A stretch of 64,000 nt of DNA from Phoronis australis (taxonomy: Eukaryota; Animalia; Phoronida): the NCBI GenBank assembly GCA_002633005.1, contig NMRA01000053.1:444131-508130 (forward strand), written 5' to 3'. The notes under the pieces were generated by a model. It was not told the origin of the DNA. It made no database searches and worked only from the letters and a program-made list of their open reading frames with translations. A program made the position numbers and the translations under genes. Within the stretch, counting starts at the first letter, position 1. Every line of letters starts with the position of its first letter. Of the stretch, positions 38,721 through 52,300 are shown in pieces.

Positions 38721-40330
38721 CCTCATTTTGAACTTACTTAAACCATTTATGTTGCTTCTAAGTCAATAAACAATGTATTTATTGTCATTTGAATTTTGAG
38801 TACATTTTAGGGACAACCAGTAGAAAGTCAGATAGGCAAAAATCGCCTAGTGCACTTTACTGTTCGGTGATCGCGAGTCTGATGCTCTTAACTCCAGCCT
38901 GCAACTGTGTTTACTGAAGCGTCGTCAGTGAGAATTTCTAATTATTAAAAAACATCGATGATTCAGTCGATTTCCGTAGGTACATGAACATGTAAATCCG
39001 GCAAAAAAATTCATTGTCAAAGCAGAACATCATAAGCAATTCCTGAGTGAAGACATGCTCTCAGATTCTTGACGAGAAGGAGACGGGGTATACCACGGGT
39101 TTGGGAACGTCGGGAATTCATTAAGCTCGTGTTAACGTATTGTCACATTCTAGAGGTAGCTATTATGGTTTATGAGTTTAACTTGAACCCCAAAAATCGC
39201 TGAAGTCCGTGTAATGTGCAGTACTGATTACGTAATTAATCCGTTGAACATGTACTCTGAACACTGTTATCAAATTAACGATCATCAAAGAAATACCACT
39301 CTTAACATACATTGGAAAAGGTATCGATATTTTTTCGTTATGAAAAAAATAATGGGTAAATATTCATTTTACTTGCCCCCGCTTTCCACGGCCCTGTTAA
39401 TGTAAGATGAAATCAGTTTTTGTTTCATTTTGTTATGAGGGATGGGTAATTAAAGCTAACTAAATCCGAACATCAGTCTTTCAAACTAAACGTAGGAGCT
39501 CAAGTGTTTACACAAATTGAGCTTCTGTAAAAATATTTTTCAATATTGCATTATTCAAAATAATTCTATTTTAAGATGTTCTGCAATACTCGATTTCTTA
39601 CATAAATAAACGTGAGATTTGCCAAAGTTCATATTAGATTTGAAATCCTTTTTCTCCAAGGCACCTTGCCTCGGCGTCAATCAGTGTTCAGCAGATTTAG
39701 GGTACAGCTGAATCGGGCTGGTATATCTTTTGCCTAAAAGTAGAAAGTATCTTAGCAATTACCGTCCCATTTCACATTTTTCGTCAATTGCTATCACATT
39801 TTTACATGTTGTCGATGCTGCCTATCTGACAAGTGAATGCCGAGCCGGCGCAAAATGAGTTTTTCCAAGAACACAAGTGCAGACTCACGGTGGCTAGCCC
39901 ATTAAACGGTCCCATATATAAGTGAGGGAAGCACTCTTTGGTTTCGAGGAGTGCAGATGGTGTTCATACAAGCTTTCAGTTCGCTATATTCTGGATAATG
40001 TACTTGAAGTTCACTAGTCACCAAGGGGGGCAAGCGTATTGCAAGAGACTTTTAAGTCTCATTTGACTCTAGCCTCAGTGATTATGATGGCGGCCGCGAA
40101 GACGCAGCCCTCGTATTGTTCAATGAGAGTGAAACGCGTAACAACTGACTCGAAACGATTGATTCTAGACACCAAGCAACAATTTTATCATGCTCATAAA
40201 TAATGAGACTGACTTTGGCAAAGGCGTAGTTCGCAGATCTGCTCACCATGACAAATATTCGGATGCCAACGGAAGAGTGACACTGAAGACAGCTTAAGAC
40301 GATCCAACTGCGGTTTAGACATGTCAAATA

Positions 40331-40562
40331 CATGCGTGCATCCCGGCAGCCTAAAAAATGAGGGGGGCTCGAATATTTTAGAATGTGGGTACGTTCAGAA
40401 AAGCTATGAATGATACATTTCGCCTTTTAATAAAATTTTGTCTCGTTTTTTTATACTTTTCCGGCGGAGATTTTGTTTCTCTGAGGCGGACCTTTTAACC
40501 CACGGCACTTCGCCAAATGGACGACTCGTTCGAGCCCCCCAGACTTCCGGGGTGCGCGCATG
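40331..40562. mobile_element. hAT-like MITE, same family as 27605-27857
   Basis: TIR catgcgtgcatccc / gggtgcgcgcatg; aaata on both flanks; shared internal gggggctcgaat and ttttgtctcgttt. Confidence 0.75.
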
Positions 40563-41394
40563 AAATACATGTACTTTTGTGCAACATAGGCCTATCTTTG
40601 TTTCGTTTTATTCAACACAACCACTACACATTTTATGCCTCCCCCCATATTGTGTGCCCCATCAGAAACCCCTCTTATTTTCTTGACCTCATTACGGCGT
40701 ATTCCCGTTGCTCTCAGGTTGATCAATTGATAGCCCAACAACAAGTTGGGAAGATGACCCCTGTAGCCAATATCTTACACGACTGATTAACTCCATTCTG
40801 GCATTCATGGTTAGAGGGTCAGCCCCGCTCTTTCGTTCGTAAGTGCTCTTATCTCCAGTTCGATCGTTAGTAGCCCCGGCTGACGTCGACTGGGCTGTGC
40901 TGTCAGTTAGAAATAAAAATCAAGTTATAACATATGAACAGAAAACCAATAGCATTTCTGAAATCCTTGTCAAATTGTGATCATGTTTAATTTTTGAATC
41001 GCCAAAAATACCGGCAACTACAACCGAAGTTACGACAAGTCTATTCTTCCCGAACGTGCCCATTCGCTTAAAATTGGGTTTGACCATCTGAATAAGCCAG
41101 GTAGATAATTGGCCTGCCTGTTGTCATACCAGACAAAAGACTGTGCTTGGCAGTTAACAAAGAAGATGTATCACAGTAGACTGGATCTTTGTGACCAGCA
41201 CATTGCCTCACTAACCTCAGCCTGAACAGCTGATCGCCTTCAGGCCGGGGACAGTCAAAAATTAAGTAGTTTGCTCAAGGTACGTCACCAATTAGAAACA
41301 TCGCCGACGTTATAGGCACCGATGTCGATTGATAACGCAATCTCTAACCAAAACAATCGTGTAAGGTATAGCACTCTTTGAACCCAACACTATG

Positions 41395-41631
41395 CAGTGG
41401 CAGATCAACGTTTTCAGTAAGGGGGGCTTAGGATATTTCGTGCCCTTCCCCGGCCGGCGAGGCCGCGTAGCACCGAGCCGTCGGGGAGTGAGAGTAGGTC
41501 GGGAGGGGGTTTCCCTCCTCATTAGTAGCTGATTTCGTTTTCCTGGCGACATTTTTGTAATTTTTATTTGTGATCCTGTCCGGAGGGGGGGGGGGGTTGA
41601 ACCCCCTGAACCCACCCGTAGATCCGCCCGG
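41395..41631. mobile_element. hAT-like MITE (CAGTGGCAGATC...GATCCGCCC type)
   Basis: Imperfect TIR, poly-G plus gaacccc subterminal motif; accounts for most of ORF 41310-41714. Confidence 0.55.
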
Positions 41632-41699
41632 CTCTGCACAATGAACCGTTGAGCGGCGTAGGTCTCAGGGCATCGGCGGCCCTCCACGCGGGCGAACCC

Positions 41700-42800
41700 G
41701 TTCGAAGTATTCACTCAGAACTACGTTTCGTACTAAATTTGACAACGGTAAACTTAATTACCGAACGGCCGTGGTGGAAAAAAAAATAGCGCCTGGAGTA
41801 TGGTTGTACGACAGGCCAGCAAATCATGTAGGTTACTTGTTACTGCAACGGCAACCGGGCGGCGGGATGGCAAATGACGAATTCAAATCGGACTAGACTG
41901 TGGCCCCTAATGTCAATTCTTTTTTACGTTTGCCTCTAAGTCTTTGGAATTTGCTAGCTTATTTTTATGAAATTTGGCAAAAAGTTATTCTTTGCAGACC
42001 TGACGCCACCTCTTCTGAATTCAGGGCTTTTTTTGGTTAGCCTCCACTGGAGTCAGTGAATCGGCCGCGGCCGAGATGCCGCGGTCCATAGCGAGTTCCG
42101 TGACAGTTGGCCGCCGGATTTTCCCCTTCAGTTTCACTTTAATTGAATTCCTCTCGTACAAAAATAATCCCAGAATCCATCCAAAAGTTCTTTCTACATT
42201 TTCTTAATCTCAGTTCCCGATCACTGCCAATTTCGTAGTTCGCGTTTTAGTCATTCGGAACTCTACCGTCTCAGTTAAACGACCAGGAGTAAACGAAGAG
42301 ACTTGTGTTGACTAATAATACACATATTTAGCATGTTCAAAAGTTAGTTGGCCATTTTACTCCGTCTTTAATTTGACACGAATTTCACTGTGGCTAAGGC
42401 GGCTCCCTCGAAGCTGCTCCGGCCTCCGACCGTACTTTGGCTGGAGATCAACTTGGCTGCGATCTGCGATGTTCACCGCAAGGTGACGCTACAGAAAAGA
42501 AGACGAAGCAGCTCGCTTGCTGTGCTGGAGGAAGCATTAGTACGTAGCGTAGGCCTATCCTCTTGGCTTTTGGATGAATATCGAACAATTCCCGTATGTC
42601 ACTGATCGCGTGTGAATCCAGACTCTGGTAAACGAGGAAGTCACAACAAGTGAGACCGAACCGAACTTGTGAATTTGCGGTCACTCGTTGAAGAGTGATT
42701 AGTGAAGGACGAAGCGAAAACAGATGTTGTGAACGGGCTCCCATCTGTCAGTGTGAGTGCGATCCGTAGGTTTATTTCGTTTTCAATCATATGTGAGAGT
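41700..42800. promoter_or_regulatory. CpG-rich candidate promoter / first-exon region of the plus-strand gene
   Basis: Local CpG enrichment (tcggccgcggccgagatgccgcgg ~42061), candidate donor gtgagt at ~42753, strand composition switches around here; TSS not determined. Confidence 0.35.
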
Positions 42801-43128
42801 TGAATCAATTTGTTGCACTGGTCGGATAACGACACGGCGGTCCCTGATTCTGAGAAACAGGCAATCACTGAATAACGGGCCCCTCAGGCCTTTTTCTGTG
42901 GATGAAACTGGTTCTCAAAATAAAGGACTGCTAATGGCGCTACATATACATCCAACCAGCACTATAAGCAGTAGCAGTGCCCAATTTGGTTATGGTATTG
43001 TTATGGAGATTAATTGGGTTTCATTGTGGCAGTGCAATCACAGGTTTGCTGACTACACTATGCTTAGAGTTATAGACTAAGTCGTGCAGGCCCTACAATG
43101 TATTGGCCTGTCCTGGATATGGCGCAGC

Positions 43129-43545
43129 TGCTGTGCATTTTATTGGAATCCTGCTTAATCTCAAGACCGCGTATGCATGAACTTGGAATTCAATATTCAA
43201 GGCAACCAGGTGACATGTTTTTGTTCAGTGTAAAGAATTTTTGTAATTGTTGCATGGTGGCCTCATGATCCATTTTCTTTTTTACCGTAACTTGTGTCAC
43301 AGAATCAGAGGAATATGTGAATGTTTAAATCAATTATTTTTTGATGAATATGATGGCCAAAAGTTGGAAAAAGGTTGGTTCAAATTAACAATATTTTTTG
43401 TTTAATTTGATTTAGTGCAGCGCAAGTTTTTATCAACGTGAACATGATTATTTGAGTGAACTTGTCAAGTTTCCAGGTGTTTTTCAATCTCATGCATACA
43501 CTATCTTGAGAATAAGCAGGATTCCAATTAAATTCACGCACAGCA
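43129..43545. mobile_element. MITE with ~35-bp imperfect TIR
   Basis: tgctgtgcattttattggaatcctgcttaatctcaaga / tcttgagaataagcaggattccaattaaattcacgcacagca. Confidence 0.7.
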
Positions 43546-46317
43546 AGATCACTCTCATTTTAAGGCATTTACCTTCAATGCAACCCAAGTGTCAAGCACT
43601 TGTCCTCAGGCTGACCCATCAGGTGAAAATGTACTTGTGTAGTCAAATTCGCATCATGTCCTAATTGGTGTAAATTCAGAATTGTAATGCTGGCCAACTT
43701 TGTTTTGATTTGCAATCACAATGCTGACACCAACAAATTATTAAAAAGGTCAAATATCAGTCAAGTGTGGGATGTTCTTTTCTGAACCCAGGAGTGCCTG
43801 ACAGCTTGAAAAGTAGGCCATAGTAATTTCTACCCCTGTGAAAGGAGAGAGATCAATTGACTATAACGCTAATTTGCTTGGCTAGTCAGCTTCGCTAGCT
43901 GTGCATGAGAAGAATCGCATGCTGACACTCTTTACCAGTCGAGTTTGGGCAACTCAGCTGTTTCAGTTCACTAACCTTAAAGTCTGAAGCTATCTTCAAA
44001 GAAACCATCTAGCTTCAGGTTATGTTCTGTTCTCTGGAGATTAACTTGGGTACAATCAGGCGTGAAATTCATCATAAACAGGAGGGTTGTAAAAACTAGC
44101 GTCAATTTTGTATTTTTAAAATTTTCATTTTCAAGGTTTTTAAGTTTGGTGCAGAATTTCATTAATTAAAAAAAAAAAAAAACAATTAGACACAGTTGTA
44201 TTTATTTTCTGCTAACCTAAAACAAGTTTAATCAATTTGATTAGATATTTTATCTTAAGTCAAAATAAAGGTGACAATTTCTATAAACATTTTTCTAGTG
44301 AACACCTAATTGTATAGATTCTCCAGGTCTAACACAACATTTAGATTGTGTTCACAGCTAGTTTTATGAAGTGGCAATGCTGTATATTTGATGTCCGTCT
44401 TGACATTTGGGTGGTACTTATGATATAGACTCACTGTAATACCGTTACTGGTGCGTTTCATACTGTTTTGATCCATGGGGTTTAAAATGTCAAGAGATTA
44501 GATTTTAAGCAGTAAGGTTTCTACCGTATTTAGAAGTTACACGAGGCAATGTTGTTTAACTTCTTTTTTCTTGGAATGATGCTTAGTGACACTTTTATTA
44601 TACAGTTGTGTAATTTGCAGTAACATTTTGCCAAATGATTTTCATAATTAGGTGGACAGTAGTGCTTGTCAAGCCTGTTACTTTTTGAATGACAAAAGTT
44701 TTGTTCAAGTGTTGAGAATATTCATTTGTCTTCAAATATGTTGTATTAATATGCACTCAAGAAAAAATGCTTAATGTCAGTCATTAAGCAAAAAAATTAA
44801 AAAAGAAGCATGTGGTATTTTATTTATTATTGTAATATTTAGGTTGGGGGTAGCCCCATTAGTTCACAGTTCACACTACTTTCCATGGGGGTCCTCACTG
44901 GATAACTGATATTTTATTCTCTAACTTGGCATTTGGCTAAAGAGAATGAATTACTTATTTTGTAAACGTGAACAATGTAAAAGAGTCACGTATATCTTTA
45001 GAAATGCGTGACTTTCGTGTAAGAGTATTATTCACGGCATGAATTTCTGTCAAAATTTATTTTGACATATTTTGTCAACATTTTCAGTACAGATTGTCCC
45101 TATTACATGATATGGCTGAAACACCTGTAATGGAATTCATGACTAATTTTATATTGAAACATATCGTGACAGAAAGATGTTTTTTTAGAGTTATAAATGT
45201 ATTTTTGGAATGAAGATGTAATACCAAATTTAGTTTAAGATTTCAAAGGCAGCAAAACTATGATCTTCTTAACTCGTATTCTTTACAGTTCATACTGAAG
45301 CTGTATCTTGAAGAAACTAGGTTGGCTGTTCAGCTGCGCTCAATTTCACATTGCGGGGAAAAATGGGTGGACATATAAAGAAAAGGTGTCTCTTGGAATG
45401 AGATTAATATATGAGAAAGTTTAATGAAGGGTTTCAATATGTACTGGATTGACTTGGGGTCTCACTAGAGGAACAATGGCAATGGCATAAAGGAAAAGCT
45501 AACTGACAACTAGTTTCGAATGTCACTTTCGTTACCATAAGTAAGAGGATTGGTATTCCTAATTAGATTGATAGTCGAAGCTCTCTCTTAAATTTTTGCT
45601 AAGCACTTTCATGGAGCTACATGCTGATTTGAGAATCATTTTCTTAGTACACTAATTCACATAAAAGATTACATAGTCAAAATTTCTCGTCAGCTACGGC
45701 CAAATAAACGCTGTGAAATGCGCCTACTCTGAGTATCATTCTCTGAAGTTGTCCATTTGGACTTTTTATTGTGAAAAAATATATTTTCTGTAATCACAAG
45801 TTAAACTCGCTCTCTCTTCATTATGCATTTTGTCACTTGATTATTTCAGTTGTCGCACTACACAAAACGATCTCCGCATTAAGCCAACTTCACACCTGTC
45901 TTTACTGGCTGAAGATATTTAAAGACATGTTTAAAAACCTGACTCTCGAAAGAAGTTGAAAGCATTTCTTGACGACTATGGAGGGTGAGCTGTGGCGTTA
46001 ACATATTCTATATACTAATGTACTTGTTTCATAAAGGTGGCTTTATATACATGTAGCTGTTTAATCAATGTTAAAGCCACATCCAATGAGTGGGTAAAAT
46101 CAAAACTGCAACTAAAATGAATCATGTTTGTGCTCAAGGAGCTAGGTTCTTAGGTAGTCCATGAACACTGCATCACCCAAAGTGTAATTGCTTGGAATTA
46201 ACAACTGTTAAGTCACAACAAAACGTTGATTTTTAAGAATGGTGTTATTTGTGACTTTTAAGTACTTGTTAATTATGTTTTATATTTTTGTGTTTTTATT
46301 GCAGTTGAAGTTTGTTC

Positions 46318-46372
46318 TTGTTGTTGTTGTTGTTGTTGTTGTTACTGTTGAAATTGTTGTTGTGTTGTTGTT
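46318..46372. repeat. (TTG)n microsatellite immediately before an acceptor
   Basis: Direct reading; source of the poly-V/poly-L in ORF-track entries 46239 and 46312. Confidence 0.9.
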
Positions 46373-46377
46373 ACCAG

Positions 46378-49300
46378 GTCACGACAAGGTGCAATACTCA
46401 GCTCTTGCTGTCCATGACACGGATTCAGACTCATCCTCTGACAGCCAGTACATCAACAGAAACAACAATCAACAATCTTACAACGAAGGCGAATCAATCA
46501 AACTTCAACGTCTCCAACCTCATAACAAGACTCGGAAGAAAGAACAACAACAAACTGACAGACAGGGTGTGAAAGTGGCCCAACCTAAAGTGAAAAGAGA
46601 TATTTGTCTTTGTTTCTGTGTCTTCATAGTGGTTGTGACTTTGACTGTCGGATTGGTTGTATTTGGGCTAAATGACCTGCTCAAGTCTCTTAAAGACGAA
46701 CAGCAATTGTATCCGAAGACGCCACCATGGACAAAGACATACGATGATTTCAGTGAGTTTGTGTAATCCCCATGAATCGCATACATGTTCTACAGGGAAT
46801 GAAACTGAATAGTCACATCCAAAATACCACTGTGCTACTCTGATTCCTTGTTATTTACGTTCGGCAATTCTTCACTTATTTAGCAAATCTTATGACCGAC
46901 AAGTGAAATTCTATTTTGTCAAATTTCTCCACAAAAATAAAGATTTAACTGAAAATATGAGTCCATTACTAATATGGTTTGTACTGTGAAGATCAGCCTT
47001 TGAAAAAAAAAGGAAAATGACAGTTTTAGCAAATATCTTCATGCACAATAAGTGGAGAATTACCATATATTCTGTACACCTGTGTTCTCATTATTGTCAT
47101 AATTTTACACCTGAATTAGTTTCTCATTTGTTATTCTAAGCGCTCCCCAAGTGTTACTGTTGCACACTCATGTAATTGAATATCTAACACAAATATTGAT
47201 GAGCTGATATGAGAGCAATAAATAGTCCAACTCACATCAGGAGTATGCTGGTGACCTGACCTTTTAAAAACTAGATCAGTCATTGAAGAATCTTTCTCCT
47301 CTGCAGAAAAGTCTGTTGTAGCTTATCGAACAAAGGGACAGAATGTTCTAATTTCATACTAGAAGATTCATATTTGCGGTACGTATGGTGCTCTCTTTAA
47401 AATGTCTAGATTTTTTAGAAAAAACGCAATCACATTATCATGAGCATCTGGTCATTATTGATGAGGTTGTAGTAAGCTTCTGTAATCAACAATGTTTTTT
47501 AAAAGGGTTTACAATTAATCAATTAATACTTAAAAGTTATGTAAGAAATATGATCCTTGGTAAGGCAGGTAGCCAATTGACTTTTAAGTGCTTTCTCTCC
47601 ATCTAGCAACAGATGCGTACCGTGTGGTTGACATTGACGATGATGGTCGAGATGATGTTGTGGTGTATATCTCTCGACCGCTCAACATAGACGACTTACA
47701 GAGTGCGGAAAGAGCTGAAAAATTTTGTGGGAAATATGGTTGGTGGTTTTTGTTTCATCTTTTATTTTTGAAGAATTTCATTGGTTTGCATGTTCAGTTG
47801 CCCCTACATATAATAAACTGTATGTATCTATGCGCAACATTACACCTCGTGTTTTAAAATTTGGCAGGACTTCCCTAAAATAACTCCTGAGTTGTTGTCT
47901 TTGGCAGAAAAAGATGACAACATGATTGTCATATCTATTGGACAAAGGATCAGCAAGACTTCTGATCAAATATTCGGTATCGGAAAAGGTTATGGCAGAG
48001 TTGCCGCTCACACCATTAAAAACATTGTCTAGGTTGTGGATCAAATTGATTGTGGTTAACCGTTTCTTAGTGTAGGACGATGGACACACCAATTCACAGC
48101 ATTGTAAAGTTGTGGCAATGTAATGTCATTTAGATTTTATACTATGTGTGACCTCATTTTGTCTGTCATACTTCAAACCAAAAGGTGAAAGTTTATCAAT
48201 ACAGATCGCCTCGTGTTTAAAGGTATCATATTTCATCAAAGACGCGAAAGTTTGATTTAGATCCATTACCGCTATATGAAACTAGGTTCACCTTATTGTT
48301 TACTAAGGAGAAGTGGTTTTAACCCAGGGAAGAAGTGATTCCTAGTTTATAATATTGCTTGGGATGATGTTGTGTGGATAAAATGACCTGCCGTTACAAG
48401 TAGCTTGTACTTTCCATGTTAAGAAATCACCTTTAAGTAGGGACCACTATCGGTGCTGTAACTGGTCTGAATCAGAAGGCAGTCTTATTGCAACTGAACT
48501 ACGTGAAGTGAATACTATTCATTTGAGAGTGTCAAGAGAACTTGCTGATACTGTAACTCTCTCAGGTTCTAAATATTCATTAGCGCAGCAATTTCTGACT
48601 CAGTGATGCTCTGTTCGGAACTTCTTGGCATGCAAATTTGTTACAGATATGCCTTTGTTAGAGGTATTGCTAAGTGTTTTATCTGTATACTCAGATTCTT
48701 GTATCTCCGTAGGCATGACCCGACCGTGTTATGGTGCCGTCATTGGACTCCGAGGCTATGATGGTAAGGAACTGTGGCGTACTTACATCGACTCCATCGT
48801 ATTTGAAATTGTGTGTCAAGGAATTGACATCAATGGAGATGGCAAAGATGACTGTCTTTTGGCTGGAAGGATTTCTACTATGACAGCTGTCAATCCAGTG
48901 AATGGTGAGTTTCGGTTGGTGTGTGGTGATGCTCATTTCTATTAGATTCATTACTGGTGTTTACTCCTTGGGAATATGGAGTGAGAGCACTCCCTTTACC
49001 ATGACAATGTGGGGCTGACTTAAAGGCTAGAGTTTTTAGTCCTTTGCTAAGGATTATTCTGCCTAGATAGCCACGGATGGTAGCCCCTGAGCTTGTTGTA
49101 CATGACCGAACATCAAGTACTGAAAGTTGCTTTCCAAATTGCGAAGCAAGCTCTTTTTTGCAGCCTGTTAAAAACTTTATCTGAACATGAAGCTGATACC
49201 AAAACGTAGACTGCCTGACCTTCTGCCTTCCTTGTCCTTTACTACTAGTAGTATTATATTAAACGTCATTTGCTTGCATCACTTCCTGCTTTTGTGAGAA

Positions 49301-52300
49301 AGAGAGTTCTGCACAGTGCAGTTTGTCGCATTCACACACATTGTGTTTTCACAAAACTTCACCAGACACTTGTGGTTAGGAGTGGTGCATCCTGGAAATT
49401 GAAGCGCTCTCTCCAGTAGCAAGTGGCCTAGATTATAAGGCCATACTCAACTATAAGGCTATGGCCTTACATTCTAGGTGATACGGTAAATCTGAAAAAG
49501 TCTAATCTAATTCAGTGAGAATCTTGGAATCTTGAGATGCTGAGAGAATTTAGTCATATCTTTTCCCCAAACTATGTATCCAGTCAAGACGGACATTTTG
49601 TTTCCATGCCCACGTTACTGTTACCATGTTCATTTTTCAGGAAAGATCTTTTGGCACGTAGAGCGTAAAGATTTAGAGAGCTCATGGAACATTTTTGCTC
49701 CTGCTATTTTGCCTGACGTTGACAATGACAATGTCCCTGACCTTCTTATGGCACATGGAGGAGACCCAAGTTATCCACCAGAGGTCAGTGTCATAAGAGA
49801 AGTTTTCACTTCAAAATTGTGAAAAGTAGAATCTTCGATTGTATGAGATAAAGAATTTATCTCCGTCATAGTTGCATTGAAAGAAGGCGAAGAAGGATTG
49901 TGTTTCTCATTCAAAGAATTATAAATAATTTACTTACTGTAAACATTCTTCAATTTGGAAAAAGCAGTTGCTAAACTTGGTATTTTTGTGTTTACCTGAG
50001 AGGTTTGGAAGTAGTTTATCCCGTTCAATCCGCCATATTTGTGATCACATCACGTGACTTAATGGTTTCATTACTTTGCTGTACGAGGTTTACCAACAAT
50101 CAATCACTAATACCTGTGCAGTACAGGCCATGCTTGTAACAAAGTTAAGCTTTCTTCTAGCATCATGCAGCGCCATCTGTGAGAACCATTGTTTTGTTAC
50201 ATGTTTGGGTTAATAGTGGGTTGTCTTCCTAAATACACGTCATGAAACCATGAATGTATTACTATTTATAGGCTGCTTCAATGGAAATGCTCTCTTCTGT
50301 TAAAAAAGTTTATCCCAGTTTGAACTGTGCGATCTCTACTTGACTTTATTAGATCTACCTGGAACTGTAATAGTCAGTGTCACTGAAAAACTTGACGAAA
50401 TAAAATTATACTTTTCCAGCTTATTTGTGCTAAATTAGATAACAAAATTCTTGTTGTATCTATTTCCACAGATCCATGATCGTCGGTCGGGCAGATTGTT
50501 CCTTATATCTGGTGCACACGGCACTATCATTGGCCATCGATACTACAGTATTCCTGAAAGCAAGGAGACATACATGTCACCAGTATTACATCACTGGGCA
50601 GACGGCACTCCAGTCATTCTGTTTGGCAGTGGTGGTGAGACAGTCCCAGGTAGAAATTGTTTAATATGAGCACCAACTAGGGTTATACTAATATCACCTG
50701 GCAGAACAAAGAGAAATTCACAATCCAATGTCGTGGCAATGACTATTTTACTCAATTTTTTGAAGTAAATGCTATGAAAAGTATTGAAAACTTGTCTTGT
50801 ACTCAAGTTTTGGTTTTGGTTACTTACCATGATTGTAAATGTGTTCTCAACTTTTTGCTCTGGTGAGTTGTGATTTCTGCACTTGAAAAGAACTATCAGT
50901 TTGCTATTTCTTGAGAGCATGCTCAGATCATGTTGTGGCTCGCCAACTTTTGAAGTCTTGTCTCAAGTACTAATCAATTGTCAGTTCCATTCAAGCCTCG
51001 TCATGGTCTCTATTTTGAGTAACGAACAGGTTGAGACAAATTTCATACCTTCAAATGGTTTAAGTAATCTTTTGACTGAGGATGCATTTATAGCTGCTTT
51101 CAAGATGCCTTAAACGTGTCTTCTACTCAGCTTGCTCCTTACCAGGCTTAGAAATTATTTCAGGGCTTGGGAATACCTGTCATTTTGTTATTGGTTGAGA
51201 CCAGGCTAAGCACATAAAATGACCAACCGGGTCAGGCCAACTTGTCCCAAGCAATAGCTTAGTGTCCTTCCCAGCCCAGAAATAGCTTCAGTCTGTAAGA
51301 ATTGAAGTGAGACCTGTATAAGGTTTAGTAGCTTAATGGTGACATTTTTTACTGTAGGCAAGTTGAGAGCAGCTTTATTTCAAACAAACATTGGTACCTC
51401 CGCTTAATATTGTGGTGATTGTGCAATATTTACGATGATCCTTTTTCGTCGAATCAAAAAACTGATTATAGACGTTTTAATACTGAAATTACGGACGTGA
51501 AGCCCATTTTATCGAATGTTGCAAATTCAGCTGCTGTAGCTAAGACAATTGTTGGCACAAATGCGTTTATCAATAGCAAAACAAACATTGGAACTGACTT
51601 TCATATTCAGACTTTACTTTAGTGAACATTGTATGTTAAAACAGAAGTCATAACTAAGACAAGAGTTAATATCTTTGATGAAACGGGCCCCTGACCTCTA
51701 ATAAGTGCTTTGTCAGTTTTTGAACTTATGAATAAGATAAAACGTAGTCTTCTGTATTGGTTTTGATTTTTCTGAGCTGTAAAAATGTACATTACAGGTT
51801 CTCTCTACGCCATTACTGTGGCTGATTTCTACCGCTACGTTTTCAATGTGTCTCGTGATCATCCCGTTCCAAGAACGATCGAAGTGAAAAACAGTAATTC
51901 ACAGTGGGGCAAGCTGGCAACTGACGACGACGGGGTGTATGAAATATACAGGTGTGTGCTCATGACTTAAAATGAAGACTGCAGGACACCCAATGTCTTC
52001 GTTGCATCTGATGTGTTCAGGCTACAAGCATCCGATATAAACTCATGGAAACCCCCATGTATAGAATATAATCATCATTTTCTTTTTGAAAAATGAGATT
52101 TCACCATAGACAATTTGTTATATGTAGAATACAATTCAGATGTGCATGACGAATGCTTCCAGTCTTGTGCTAATTAAATTTATCAAATGAATGGAACTTT
52201 GGTCATTTAGTCATAAATGATTTTCTTTGATAAGGCGTTGTTTAATTATTCACTTCATTTACTATATGTCTAAAGGTCATCAGCAGAGTGCATGCCTTCG

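Noticed and set aside
41640-41720. HDV-like ribozyme (ccc-tccacgc-ggg P3/L3 look-alike)
   Set aside because: No complete P1, P1.1 or P2 partners can be paired.
46239-46377. Hydrophobic N-terminus / signal peptide of the 175-aa ORF
   Set aside because: Intronic T-rich and (TTG)n sequence upstream of the acceptor at 46378.
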